This document shows, in pieces, positions 45,614 through 63,152 of a DNA stretch of 64,000 nucleotides. Within the stretch, counting starts at the first letter, position 1. Each line of letters starts with the position of its first letter. Origin of the DNA: Williopsis jadinii (lineage: Eukaryota); assembly GCA_024346625.1 (NCBI GenBank), contig AP024664.1:2170001-2234000 (forward strand), given 5' to 3'. The notes under the pieces were generated by a model. It had not been told where the DNA came from. It made no database searches and saw only the letters and a program-made list of their open reading frames with translations. A program made the translations under genes and the position numbers.

Positions 45614-48004
45614 TGTGTAGTGAGTGTCCATTGGGGGCCTGGGTGTCCAGCGGGCGGTCATTTGGTGATGATTCAGGAGTGAACCAGCGGTGAGTTGATG
45701 TCCACGGGTGGCCAGCGGGCCTCCAGGGGACCTCCAGGGGGCCTCTAGGGGATGGATCGTGGTCTCTAAGGTGGGTCTAGCATGTTTACAGTACATAGAT
45801 GTGTGGAAGATGTCCATTGGGTGTCTGATTGTTTACTCGGGGTCCATTTGGTGTTGATTCAGGGGTGAGTTGATGTCCATGGATGTCCAGGGATGTCCAC
45901 GGGATGTCCAGCGGGCGTCCATAGGCCTCTAGGGGCGTCCGGTGGCTATATCGTGGTCTCCAGGGTCTGTCCAGGGTATTCCCAGCATGTAGTTGTGTAG
46001 AAGATGTCCATTGGGTGTCTGATTGTTTACTCCGTGTCCACTTGGTGATGATTCAGCGGCAGCGAGCGTTGAGGGGGCCTCTAGGGGCCTCCAACGGGAG
46101 CCTGGTGGAGGGATCGTGGTCTCCAGTGTGTTCCCAGCTTGTAGATGTCCATTGCATGTCCAATAAGTGTTTGGTTGTTGACCCGCTGTCCATTTGGTGT
46201 TGATTCAGGGGCGAGATGATGTTCACGGGGCATCCACAGACCTCTAGCAAGAGCCTGGTGGATGTATCGTGGTCTCCAGCGTCTGTCCAGGGTATTCCCA
46301 GTGTGTAGATGTCCATTGAGTGTCCATTGGTGGCCTTGTTGTTTACACGGTGTCCACTTGATGATGATTCAGCGGCAAGCGAACGGTGATGGAGCGTCCA
46401 ACAAGCCTCTAGGGACCTCCAGCGGGAGCCTAGTCGATGCCTAGACATCCTTAGGTGGTCTCCAGCATCTTCCCTGTTTGTAGTTGTCCATTGAATGTCC
46501 ATTGGTGGCCTTGTTGTTGACACGGTGTCCACTTGGTGTTGATTCAGCGGCAAGCGAACGTCGACGAGGTGGCCACCAGGCATCCACAGACCTCTAGCAA
46601 GAGCCTGGTGGGTGGATTGTGGTCGCCAGGGTTGGTCTAGAGTATTTCCAGTGTGTTGATGTCCATTGAATGTCCAATAGATGGCTTGTTGTTTACCCGC
46701 CGCCCACTCGGTGATGTTTCAGCGGCGAGTTGATGTCCACAGTATGTCCACGGGGCAACCATAAGCCTCTAGCGACAGCCTGGTGGATGTATCACGGTCT
46801 CTAGCGTCTGTCCGGCGTATTCCCAGCAAGTAGATGTCCAATTGGTGTCCATTGGTGGCCTTGTTGTTGACACGGTGTCCACTTGATGATGATTCAGCGG
46901 CAAGCGAACGTTGATGGGGCCTTCACGCGGCAAACATAAGCCTCTAGCGAACGTCCAGTGGATGGACCGTGGTCTCCAGTGTCTGTTTGGCATGTTCCCA
47001 GTACGTTGATGTCCAATTGGTGTCCATTGGTGGCCTTGTTGTTTACACGGTGTCCACTTGGTGTTGATTCAGCGGCGAGAAAACGTCGACGAGGTGGCCA
47101 CCAGGCATCCACAGACCTCTAGCGATAGCCTGGTGGATGTATCGTGGTCTCTAGCGTCTGTTTGGCATGTGTCCAGCATGTAGTTGTCCAATTGGTGTCC
47201 ATCGGTGGCCTTGTTGTTTACACCGTGTCCACTTGATGATGTTTCAGCAGTGAGTTGATGTCCACAGGATGTCCACGGGGCAACCATAAGCCTCTAGCGA
47301 ACGTCTAGTCGATGTATCGTGGTCTCCAGTGTCTGTTTGGCATGTGTCCAGTGTGTAGGTATCCGTTGAATGTCCATTGGTGGCCTGATTGTTTACCCGC
47401 TGTCCATTTGGTGTTGATTCAGCGGCGAGAAAACGTCGACGGCGTTGCCACCAGGCATCCGCAGGCCTCTATCAAGAGCCTGGTGGATGTATCGTGGCCT
47501 CTAGGGATGGTCTAGCGTATTCCCAGTGTGTAGATTTCCATTGAATGTCCATTGGTCGCCTCTTTGTTTACCCCCCGCCCGCTTGATGATGTTTCAGCGG
47601 CGTGTTGATGTCCACAGGATGTTCACGGGGCAAACATAAGCCTCTAGCGAGGGCCTGGTGGGTGGAGCGTGGTCTCCAGTGTCTGTTTGGCACGTGTCCA
47701 GCATGTAGATGTGTGGAAGATGTCCATTGGTGGCCTCGTTGTTTACACGGTGTCCACTTGCTGTTGTTTCAGCGGCGAGAAAACGTCGACGGGGCCTCCA
47801 CGCGGCAAACATAAGCCTCTAGCGATAGCCTGGTGGATGTATCGTGGCCTCTAGGTTCTGTCCAGCATGTTTCCAATACATAGATGTGTAGAAGATGTCC
47901 AACCAGCGCCCCTTTGTTTACCCTCTACCCCCTTGATGTTCATTCAGGGAAAAGTTTTTTTTTCGCAAATTCAGCGGCGAGAAAACGCCCACGCGGTGGC
48001 CACC
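45614..48004. repeat. IGS2 175-bp satellite, array D (9 regular monomers)
   Basis: Anchors 46369 to 47944 span 1575 bp = 9 x 175. Confidence 0.95.
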
Positions 48005-49351
48005 GGTTCAGGCATTAGCTCCGATCCAGGTAAAGTGGCCCCGCCAGCTTGGTGTCCAGCAGTAAATTGGCGCAATTCGGGATCAACCACCCCCATGTGG
48101 GGCCCGGAGTTTGACACATCCTCTAATATCCGCAACACTTAAATGCTTCCAGAACTCCACACACACATCCTACCACAACCAAAATCACTGTTCCACGCTC
48201 ACAAAATTCACGCCTTTCCAATGAGACCAAAATACCCTGGTATTTCCACCATTTGGGTTTTTCATTCCATTATTTTACTGTTAACATCTACCCAAATTTT
48301 ATAATCCGAAAAAGACTCACCTATTCTCGGAGATATCCTAAATTAATATATACTATATAATCCCATAACGCGGGAACTAGCAGAGCTTTCGAGCTATAAA
48401 CACCACTACTGGATAGCTACGCTCCAGAGGTTACCTATGGGTTTAAGTTGTTTCCCGGTTTATGGGTGCCCATCTCCCTGGAAAGCAAAACATGGTTTTT
48501 AGAGGGCAACCTGCATTTTCTCGGCGAACCCCGGTTTGTTCCAACTTTATCAAAAGTGGGTCTTTCATGGCCAAACTTGGGTCATATATTCACCTTCAGG
48601 AGTAGTACCTATGGTCCAACAGCCATGGATGGGTGCACTTTGCCCATTGTTCAGGAGGTATAAGTACAAAATTACATGCATAAATGTTGATTTTTGGGTG
48701 CCGCCGAGCAACCGGAATTAACCAGAGATGATGCAAGATGATAGTACTGTGTCAGTTACACCACCTTGGCTTATTAGATCGGTCAAATTCATCGCGCGTG
48801 GTGGTGCAATTTGCGTTTAAAGGGTGTATAAAATGGCTTTTTGGTGTAAGGATGGTTGGGTGTTTGGATGAAATGTTTGGATGTTTTGGCAGGGTGGTGG
48901 GGGCAGGTGGGGGGCATATAATTGGATATTTTGGGATGGGGGCGATATGTTTGGGGAGTTTTTGGTATGGATCGGGAGGTTGGAGCGTGGTTTGAACCAT
49001 TGGGCTTGTTGTGGTGTTTATGGCGTTTGTGCTGGGAGTGCGCTGGCTGTTACAAGTGTTGGGGTGGTCGGATCTGGCTTTCCGGGGTGTTGCCCGTTCC
49101 CGAAAAACAAAGTGGGGGCTTAACTATGGGCGCTTAACTATGGGCGCTTAACTATGGGAGATTCACTATGAGACTTAACTATGGGATCTCTACTATGGGA
49201 GCTTCACTATAGGTGGTTAACTATGGGAGTTCCACTATAGGTGGTTAACTACGGGGATGGTAGGTGGTGTTGCCCGTTCCCGAAAAACAAACTGGGAGTT
49301 AACTATGGGCGTTAACTATGGGGTTCCACTATGAAGGTCTTTAATTTTTCC

Positions 49352-49885
49352 TGAAGTTATTCGCATCCATGAAAATCTATACTTTCAAGGGGTATTTAAT
49401 TTTTGTTGATGTAGTGCGCGGCCCAAAAAAGCTATAGAGGTTAAACTTTGGTGAAGTTATTCGCATCCATGAAAATCTATACTTCCAAGGGGTATTTAAT
49501 TTTTGTTGATGTAGTGCGCGGCCCAAAAAATCTATAGAGGTTAAATTTTGGTGAAGTTACTCGCTTCCATGAAAATCTATACTTTCAAGGGGTATTTAAT
49601 TTTTGTTGATGTAGTGCGCGGCCCAAAAAATCCATAGAGGTTAAATTTTGGTGAAGTTACTCGCTTCCATAAAAATCTATACTTCCAAGGGGTATTTAAT
49701 TTTTGTTGATGTAGTGCGCGGCCCAAAAAAAATCTATAGAGGTTAAATTTTGTTGAAGTTACTCGCTTCCATAAAAATCTATACTTCCAAGGGGTATTTA
49801 ATTTTTGTTGATGTAGTGCGCGGCCCAAAAAAAATCTATAGAGGTTAAATTTTGGTGATGTTATTCGCATCCATAAAAATCTATA
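49352..49885. repeat. IGS2 100-bp tandem repeat x5
   Basis: Same block as 2201-2734. Confidence 0.95.
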
Positions 49886-50518
49886 GGGATTCCATATGGG
49901 AGTTCCATGGGGGTTCCATGGAAATCTTCAATTTTAGTGATGTGGCGCGCGATCTTGAAAATCTAACTACAAGACTTGGTCTATATGGACTGTCTACAAT
50001 AGATGTTTCCAGTAGATGCCCACCTTTTTGGTTGGGTTGCGCCCTGTTGAAAAATTCATTTGTAGGTGTTGATGTATAAAGTGTAAGAAGAACAAACCTC
50101 TCTAACAATCGACGAGAGGGTGGACTGAAAACCAAATCCATCGACGGTTGCCCTAAAATGAAAAATTTTTCACTGTTGCTCACACCGGAAAATTTTTTCC
50201 ATGTTTGCGTCGCTTTTTGTTGTGCTGCACGGACCGGAAAAATTTTTCATCTTTGCGTCCCTTTTTTGTTGTGCTGCACGGACCGAAAAATCTCACTTCC
50301 GGAACACTCTGAAACCGAATCTCAATTTCGGGACGGCCAACAACAAAATATGTGGCCTGTCCCAAAACGCGTGGCCGAAATCTTGAAAATCCAAAATGTA
50401 TGAGGCGAACCCAAAACATTGACGCAGGGTATATGCAGGCGGTAGACGGCGTTGGTATAGCTCTGAGACTACAGACGATTGAAGAATTCAAAATCCAGAA
50501 AACACAAGTCCACACCTG

Positions 50519-50569
50519 ATCAGTCTTCCAAAGATGAAAGAGGCTCGGAGGTACTACATGTGGGAGCGT
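50519..50569 (+). promoter_or_regulatory. Pol I core promoter, predicted start 50558
   Basis: Same motif and spacing to 18S. Confidence 0.8.
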
Positions 50570-51260
50570 TTGGACGATTTGAAAAAGTCGTCTGGAGTGG
50601 CCCACAGGCCTTGTTGGACGGTGGTGAAGGTGCTAGTGTGGTCGCCAGACTGTGCTTGCCTTGTACACCGTGTCGACATGGGCGGGGATGGGTTCGTTGG
50701 GCATTCGGTAAGTGAAGGGAGACTCTCCTTCCATCAACAACACCTTCTTTGCCCGTTCTGGGTTTAGGGAGAGACCATAGGGGGGGATCCTTTTTCTTTT
50801 GATGTTTTTCGGCCTACGCCTGAGCAGTCCCGTCTGGGAGTTCTTCCACGGGCGGGCACTGAGGGATTTAGTGGACTACTAGCCTATGGCAAGTGTTGTA
50901 ACTAGAATCCTGGGGGCATACCTGCCTGGATAACCGTAGCGATACGTGAGTCCAGGCGGCGTGACCTCCTCTCAAGCCAGTGATGCTAAACCCGGGACGC
51001 ATGAAACACGGCACTGGAGTTTAGCGGAGCCTGTGCTAGAGGAAATTTAAAGAGGGCTATATGGATGTGTTCTGTTCCCTGCCTGGGTTCTCCAGGCTGG
51101 GGGCAAGCACCAGTAGTTCTAACGAACTACTGCTTTACCACATAATATCTTCAGGGAGAACTTCTCCCGCTGGAAACGGGGGCGGACCCGGCTCTAGGCA
51201 GCGTAGGCACACCGGCCTAGTCAGCTCCGCCTAGACGACACCCCCTAACCAAAGGATAGT

Positions 51261-52355
51261 TATCTGGTTGATCCTGCCAGTAGTCATATGCTTGTCTCAA
51301 AGATTAAGCCATGCATGTCTAAGTATAAGCAATTTATACAGTGAAACTGCGAATGGCTCATTAAATCAGTTATAGTTTATTTGATAGTACCTTACTACTT
51401 GGATAACCGTGGTAATTCTAGAGCTAATACATGCTAAAAACCCCGACTGCTTGGGAGGGGTGTATTTATTAGATAAAAAATCAATGCCCTCGGGCTCTTT
51501 GATGATTCATAATAACTTGTCGAATCGCATGGCTTTACGCCGGCGATGGTTCATTCAAATTTCTGCCCTATCAACTGTCGATGGTAGGATAGTGGCCTAC
51601 CATGGTGGCAACGGGTAACGGGGAATAAGGGTTCGATTCCGGAGAGGGAGCCTGAGAAACGGCTACCACATCCAAGGAAGGCAGCAGGCGCGCAAATTAC
51701 CCAATCCTAATTCAGGGAGGTAGTGACAATAAATAACGATACAGGGCCCTTCTGGGTCTTGTAATTGGAATGAGTACAATGTAAATACCTTAACGAGGAA
51801 CAATTGGAGGGCAAGTCTGGTGCCAGCAGCCGCGGTAATTCCAGCTCCAATAGCGTATATTAAAGTTGTTGCAGTTAAAAAGCTCGTAGTTGAACTTTGG
51901 GCCTGGCAGGCCGGTCCGCTTTTTGGCGAGTACTGACCCTGCCGGGCCTTTCCTTCTGGCTCCCCTCCCCTCTGGAGAGGCGAACCAGGACTTTTACTTT
52001 GAAAAAATTAGAGTGTTCAAAGCAGGCCTTTGCTCGAATATATTAGCATGGAATAATAGAATAGGACGTTTGGTTCTATTTTGTTGGTTTCTAGGACCAT
52101 CGTAATGATTAATAGGGACGGTCGGGGGCATCAGTATTCAGTTGTCAGAGGTGAAATTCTTGGATTTACTGAAGACTAACTACTGCGAAAGCATTTGCCA
52201 AGGCCGTTTTCATTAATCAAGAACGAAAGTTAGGGGATCGAAGATGATCAGATACCGTCGTAGTCTTAACCATAAACTATGCCGACTAGGGATCGGGTGT
52301 TGTTTTTATAATGACTCACTCGGCACCTTACGAGAAATCAAAGTCTTTGGGTTCT

Positions 52356-52424
<69 letters not shown>

Positions 52425-52863
52425 GCGGCTTAATTTGACTCAACACGGGGAAACTCACCAGGTCCAGACACAATAAGGATTGACAGATTGAGAGCTCTTT
52501 CTTGATTTTGTGGGTGGTGGTGCATGGCCGTTCTTAGTTGGTGGAGTGATTTGTCTGCTTAATTGCGATAACGAACGAGACCTTAACCTACTAAATAGCG
52601 CGACTAGCTTTTGCTGGTGCTGACGCTTCTTAGAGGGACTATCGATTTCAAGTCGATGGAAGTTTGAGGCAATAACAGGTCTGTGATGCCCTTAGACGTT
52701 CTGGGCCGCACGCGCGCTACACTGACGGAGCCAGCGAGTCTAGCCTTGGCCGAGAGGTCATGGGTAATCTTGTGAAACTCCGTCGTGCTGGGGATAGAGC
52801 ATTGCAATTATTGCTCTTCAACGAGGAATTCCTAGTAAGCGCAAGTCATCAGCTTGCGTTGAT

Positions 52864-52909
<46 letters not shown>

Positions 52910-52993
52910 AATGGCTTAGTGGGGCTTCAGGATTGGCTTATGGCGGGAGGCGACTCCTGCCTGGAGCCGAGAATCTAGTCAAACTTGGTCATT

Positions 52994-53051
<58 letters not shown>
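51261..53051 (+). rRNA. 18S: 18S rRNA
   Basis: Full-length copy. Confidence 0.99.
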
Positions 53052-53191
53052 GAGAACCTGTGCCTGCGCTTCTAGCGCGGCTCCAACCAATACACAGTGT
53101 ATTTTGCTTCTTTTGCTTTGGCTCTGCCAAAGGTTTTAAACACAGAAATTTATTTTCTCTAGAAACTAGTCAATTTGAATTTTAATCTTCA

Positions 53192-53349
53192 AAACTTTCA
53201 ACAACGGATCTCTTGGTTCTCGCAACGATGAAGAACGCAGCGAAATGCGATACGTAATGTGAATTGCAGGTTTTCGTGAATCATCGAATCTTTGAACGCA
53301 TATTGCGCTCTCTGGCATTCCAGAGAGCATGCCTGTTTGAGCGTCATTT
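53192..53349 (+). rRNA. 5.8S: 5.8S rRNA
   Basis: 158-nt copy. Confidence 0.98.
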
Positions 53350-53525
53350 CTCTCTCAAGATCCTCTAGGGGACTTGGTATTGAGTGATACTCTGTGTTAA
53401 CTTGAAATACTCTAGGCAGAGCTCCCCCTAGAAATCCTCTGGGCCGAAATAATGTATTAGGTTCTACCAACTCGTTATTTTCCAGACAGACTTCCAGGCA
53501 GAGCTCGGCTGAACAACCTTTCTAA

Positions 53526-56911
<3,386 letters not shown>

Positions 56912-57240
56912 TGTTTCGGCAACTCTATTTTTTGCTGGCGGGTGCCAGCTGGGGATAGAGTGTCACACAGTTGCCGTAGGCGACTGTGTATTTGTTTTGG
57001 TGACGGTAGGGTAATCTTTGGTGTGAGTGGTGTAGTTTTTGCTTTTTTGTCACGGGGTGTGTGGGTGTTGTGATGAAGATGGTCTCTGAGGTTTTATGAC
57101 GGTAGGGTAACAGTTGGTGTGAGTGGTTGAATTTTTTTTAATTTTTCACCAGAGCTCCCAGGAGGAATTTTTGTTTTTCGTGAGGGGAGGGGGTTTCCAC
57201 CGGCTAGGCTGGGCTGGGCTTCCAGGCTGGGCTTAAAAAA

Positions 57241-57428
57241 GTTAGGCGGGTGGTCAGCCTAAAAAGCTAGGCGGGTGGGATAAGCCTAGAAAGCTAGGCG
57301 GGTGGTCAGCCTAAAAAGCTAGGCGGGAGGGATAAGCCTAGAAAGCTAGGCGGGTGGTCAGCCTAAAATGCTAGGCGGGTGGTCAGCCTAAAAGGCTAGG
57401 CGGGATGGGCTTAAAATGTTAGGCGGGT
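57241..57428. repeat. IGS1 25/27-bp repeats, 8 cores
   Basis: Same block as 17907-18094. Confidence 0.93.
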
Positions 57429-58021
57429 CCACACTGGGGCACCACAGACACCAAGTCCAAACACTTAGGAAAGACACCCAGACCAGACCAAGACCAACCT
57501 ATGGCTACACCAACAGATTCCCACAACGACAACCACGGGAAATGGGAATGTGGCCCCAAAGTGGGATTTTACCAAAACCGTTAGTATGGGGATCCCCCAG
57601 GCAGTGGGAATTTCCGGTTACGAGCGCTGGCGAGGATTTTCTAATTTTGCGAGAAGTGCGACCATCCCTCCGCGCCTGCGCCGCTGCGGGATGGTCATAA
57701 TGATTTAAAAAAACTAGGGGTATCCGGTTCCGCCCCCGTATATAGGTATATATATGTGTGTAGATGGGTGGGTGGTGGTGGTGGTTGACGGGGGGGGAGG
57801 GGGGTTTATATAGTTTTGGGTGGTGTTGGGTGGTCACGTGGGTCACGTGAGTGGTGTGCGGGTGGTGTGTGTGGTGTAAGGGTGTGCAGTCACCGGGCGG
57901 GTCACGTGGATGGTGTTAGGGCTGGTGTAGGCCACGGCCACCAGCCGGGTAGACTACCCCTTTTGGGACACCGGGTAGACTGCCCCTTTTGGGAAGCCGG
58001 TTACCCAACTTGGGTAAAAAA

Positions 58022-58142
58022 AGATTGCAGCACCTGAGTTTCGCGTATGGTCACCCACTACACTACTCGATCAGGCTCTTAGCAGCTTAACTACAGTTGA
58101 TCGGACGGGAAACGGTGCTTTCTGCTAGATATGGCCGCAACC
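58022..58142 (-). rRNA. 5S: 5S rRNA
   Basis: 121-nt copy. Confidence 0.98.
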
Positions 58143-58355
58143 GAAATGGAAGCGCGCGGGGGAGGTTACACTGCTTACACTGCTTACACCGCTTACTAAG
58201 CAGCTTACTAAGAAACGCTTACTAAGACACCGCTTACTAAGCACTGTGTAGATGTAGCAGGTGGGTGTAGGGGTAAGGTCCAGCGGGCCCAGGGCATCCA
58301 GGGGGCTGTCTATAGCGGGAGCTATAGGGCGCGTCGTACGTGGACGTGTAGCAGG

Positions 58356-61271
58356 TGTGTAGTGAGTGTCCATTGGGGGCCTGGGTGTCCAGCGGGCGGT
58401 CATTTGGTGATGATTCAGGAGTGAACCAGCGGTGAGTTGATGTCCACGGGTGGCCAGCGGGCCTCCAGGGGACCTCCAGGGGGCCTCTAGGGGATGGATC
58501 GTGGTCTCTAAGGTGGGTCTAGCATGTTTACAGTACATAGATGTGTGGAAGATGTCCATTGGGTGTCTGATTGTTTACTCGGGGTCCATTTGGTGTTGAT
58601 TCAGGGGTGAGTTGATGTCCATGGATGTCCAGGGATGTCCACTGGATGTCCAGCGGGCGTCCATAGGCCTCTAGGGGCGTCCGGTGGCTATATCGTGGTC
58701 TCCAGGGTCTGTCCAGGGTATTCCCAGCATGTAGTTGTGTAGAAGATGTCCATTGGGTGTCTGATTGTTTACTCCGTGTCCACTTGGTGATGATTCAGCG
58801 GCAGCGAGCGTTGAGGGGGCCTCTAGGGGCCTCCAACGGGAGCCTGGTGGATGGATCGTGGTCTCCAGTGTGTTCCCAGCTTGTAGATGTCCATTGCATG
58901 TCCAATAAGTGTTTGGTTGTTGACCCGCTGTCCATTTGGTGTTGATTCAGGGGCGAGATGATGTTCACGGGGCATCCACAGACCTCTAGCAAGAGCCTGG
59001 TGGATGTATCGGGGTCTCCAGCGTCTGTCCAGGGTATTCCCAGTGTGTAGATGTCCATTGAGTGTCCATTGGTGGCCTTGTTGTTTACACGGTGTCCACT
59101 TGATGATGATTCAGCGGCAAGCGAACGTTGATGGAGCGTCCAACAAGCCTCTAGGGACCTCCAGCGGGAGCCTAGTCGATGCCTAGACATCCTTAGGTGG
59201 TCTCCAGCATCTTCCCTGTTTGTAGTTGTCCATTGAATGTCCATTGGTGGCCTTGTTGTTGACACGGTGTCCACTTGGTGTTGATTCAGCGGCAAGCGAA
59301 CGGCGACGAGGTGGCCACCAGGCATCCACAGACCTCTAGCAAGAGCCTGGTGGGTGGATTGTGGTCGCCAGGGTTGGTCTAGAGTATTTCCAGTGTGTTG
59401 ATGTCCATTGAATGTCCAATAGATGGCTTGTTGTTTACCCGCCGCCCACTCGGTGATGTTTCAGCGGCGAGTTGATGTCCACAGTATGTCCACGGGGCAA
59501 CCATAAGCCTCTAGCGACAGCCTGGTGGATGTATCACGGTCTCTAGCGTCTGTCCAGCGTATTCCCAGCAAGTAGATGTCCAATTGGTGTCCATTGGTGG
59601 CCTTGTTGTTGACACGGTGTCCACTTGATGATGATTCAGAGGCAAGCGAACGTTGATGGGGCCTTCACGCGGCAAACATAAGCCTCTAGCGAACGTCCAG
59701 TGGATGGACCGTGGTCTCCAGTGTCTGTTTGGCATGTTCCCAGTACGTTGATGTCCAATTGGTGTCCATTGGTGGCCTTGTTGTTTACACGGTGTCCACT
59801 TGGTGTTGATTCAGCGGCGAGAAAACGTCGACGAGGTGGCCACCAGGCATCCACAGACCTCTAGCGATAGCCTGGTGGATGTATCGTGGTCTCCAGTGTC
59901 TGTTTGGCATGTGTCCAGTGTGTAGGTATACATTGAATGTCCATTGGTGGCCTTGTTGTTTACCCGCTGTCCATTTGGTGTTGATTCAGGGGCGAGAAAA
60001 CGTCGACGGCGTTGCCACCAGGCATCCGCAGGCCTCTAGCGATAGCCTGGTGGATGGACCGTGGCCTCCAGTGTCTGTTTGGCATGTGTCCAGTATGTAG
60101 ATGTGTGGAAGATGTCCATTGGTGGCCTTGTTGTTTACACGGTGTCCACTTGATGATGATTCAGCGGCGAGAAAACGTCGACGTGGTGGCCACCAGGCAT
60201 CCACAGACCTCTAGCGACAGCCTGGTGGATGTATCGTGGTCTCTAGCGTCTGTCCAAGGTATTCCCAGTGCGTTGATGTCCATTGAATGTCCAATAGATG
60301 GCTTGTTGTTTACCCGCCGCCCACTTGATGATGTTTCAGCGGCGAGTTGATGTCCACAGGATGTCCACCAGGCATCCACAGACCTCTAGCGATAGCCTGG
60401 GGGATGTATCGTGGTCTCTAGCGTCTGTTTGGCATGTGTCCAGCATGTAGTTGTCCAATTGGTGTCCATCGGTGGCCTTGTTGTTTACACCGTGTCCACT
60501 TGATGATGTTTCAGCAGTGAGTTGATGTCCACAGGATGTCCACGGGGCAACCATAAGCCTCTAGCGAACGTCTAGTCGATGTATCGTGGTCTCCAGTGTC
60601 TGTTTGGCATGTGTCCAGTGTGTAGGTATCCGTTGAATGTCCATTGGTGGCCTGATTGTTTACCCGCTGTCCATTTGGTGTTGATTCAGCGGCGAGAAAA
60701 CGTCGACGGCGTTGCCACCAGGCATCCGCAGGCCTCTATCAAGAGCCTGGTGGATGTATCGTGGCCTCTAGGGATGGTCTAGCGTATTCCCAGTGTGTAG
60801 ATTTCCATTGAATGTCCATTGGTCGCCTCTTTGTTTACCCCCCGCCCGCTTGATGATGTTTCAGCGGCGTGTTGATGTCCACAGGATGTTCACGGGGCAA
60901 ACATAAGCCTCTAGCGAGAGCCTGGTGGGTGGAGCGTGGTCTCCAGTGTCTGTTTGGCCCGTGTCCAGCATGTAGATGTGTGGAAGATGTCCATTGGTGG
61001 CCTCGTTGTTTACACGGTGTCCACTTGATGTTGTTTCAGCGGCGAGAAAACGTCGACGGGGCCTCCACGCGGCAAACATAAGCCTCTAGCGATAGCCTGG
61101 TGGATGTATCGTGGCCTCTAGGTTCTGTCCAGCATGTTTCCAATACATAGATGTGTAGAAGATGTCCAACCAGCGCCCCTTTGTTTACCCTCTACCCCCT
61201 TGATGTTCATTCAGGGAAAAGTTTTTTTTTCGCAAATTCAGCGGCGAGAAAACGCCCACGCGGTGGCCACC
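58356..61271. repeat. IGS2 175-bp satellite, array E (12 regular monomers)
   Basis: Anchors 59111 to 61211 span 2100 bp = 12 x 175. Confidence 0.95.
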
Positions 61272-62618
61272 GGTTCAGGCATTAGCTCCGATCCAGGTAA
61301 AGTGGCCCCGCCAGCTTGGTGTCCAGCAGTAAATTGGCGCAATTCGGGATCAACCACCCCCATGTGGGGCCCGGAGTTTGACACATCCTCTAATATCCGC
61401 AACACTTAAATGCTTCCAGAACTCCACACACACATCCTACCACAACCAAAATCACTGTTCCACGCTCACAAAATTCACGCCTTTCCAATGAGACCAAAAT
61501 ACCCTGGTATTTCCACCATTTGGGTTTTTCATTCCATTATTTTACTGTTAACATCTACCCAAATTTTATAATCCGAAAAAGACTCACCTATTCTCGGAGA
61601 TATCCTAAATTAATATATACTATATAATCCCATAACTCGGGAACTAGCAGAGCTTTCGAGCTATAAACACCACTACTGGATAGCTACGCTCCAGAACTTA
61701 CCACTGGGTTTAAGTTGTTTCCCGGTTTATGGGTGCCCATCTCCCTGGAAAGCAAAACATGGTTTTTAGAGGGCAACCTGCATTTTCTCGGCGAACCCCG
61801 GTTTGTTCCAACTTTATCAAAAGTGGGTCTTTCATGGCCAAACTTGGGTCATATATTCACCTTCAGGAGTAGTACCTATGGTCCAACAGCCATGGATGGG
61901 TGCACTTTGCCCATTGTTCAGGAGGTATAAGTACAAAATTACATGCATAAATGTTGATTTTTGGGTGCCGCCGAGCAACCGGAATTAACCAGAGATGATG
62001 CAAGATGATAGTACTGTGTCAGTTACACCACCTTGGCTTATTAGATCGGTCAAATTCATCGCGCGTGGTGGTGCAATTTGCGTTTAAAGGGTGTATAAAA
62101 TGGCTTTTTGGTGTAAGGATGTTTGGGTGTTTGGATGAAATGTTTGGATGTTTTGGCAGGGTGGTGGGGGCAGGTGGGGGGCATATAATTGGATATTTTG
62201 GGATGGGGGCGATATGTTTGGGGAGTTTTTGGTATGGATCGGGAGGTTGGAGCGTGGTTTGAACCATTGGGCTTGTTGTGGGGTTTATGGCGTTTGTGCT
62301 GGGAGTGCGCTGGCTGTTACAAGTGTTGGGGTGGTCGGATCTGGCTTTCCGGGGTGTTGCCCGTTCCCGAAAAACAAAGTGGGGGCTTAACTATGGGCGC
62401 TTACCTATGGGCGCTTAACTATGGGAGATTCACTATGAGACTTAACTATGGGATCTCTACTATGGGAGCTTCACTATAGGTGGTTAACTATGGGAGTTCC
62501 ACTATAGGTGGTTAACTACGGGGATGGTAGGTGGTGTTGCCCGTTCCCGAAAAACAAACTGGGAGTTAACTATGGGCGTTAACTATGGGGTTCCACTATG
62601 AAGGTCTTTAATTTTTCC

Positions 62619-63152
62619 TGAAGTTATTCGCATCCATGAAAATCTATACTTTCAAGGGGTATTTAATTTTTGTTGATGTAGTGCGCGGCCCAAAAAATCT
62701 ATAGAGGTTAAACTTTGGTGAAGTTATTCGCATCCATGAAAATCTATACTTCCAAGGGGTATTTAATTTTTGTTGATGTAGTGCGCGGCCCAAAAAATCT
62801 ATAGAGGTTAAATTTTGGTGAAGTTACTCGCTTCCATGAAAATCTATACTTTCAAGGGGTATTTAATTTTTGTTGATGTAGTGCGCGGCCCAAAAAATCC
62901 ATAGAGGTTAAATTTTGGTGAAGTTACTCGCTTCCATAAAAATCTATACTTCCAAGGGGTATTTAATTTTTGTTGATGTAGTGCGCGGCCCAAAAAAAAT
63001 CTATAGAGGTTAAATTTTGGTGAAGTTACTCGCTTCCATAAAAATCTATACTTCCAAGGGGTATTTAATTTTTGTTGATGTAGTGCGCGGCCCAAAAAAA
63101 ATCTATAGAGGTTAAATTTTGGTGATGTTATTCGCATCCATAAAAATCTATA
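62619..63152. repeat. IGS2 100-bp tandem repeat x5
   Basis: Same block as 2201-2734. Confidence 0.95.
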
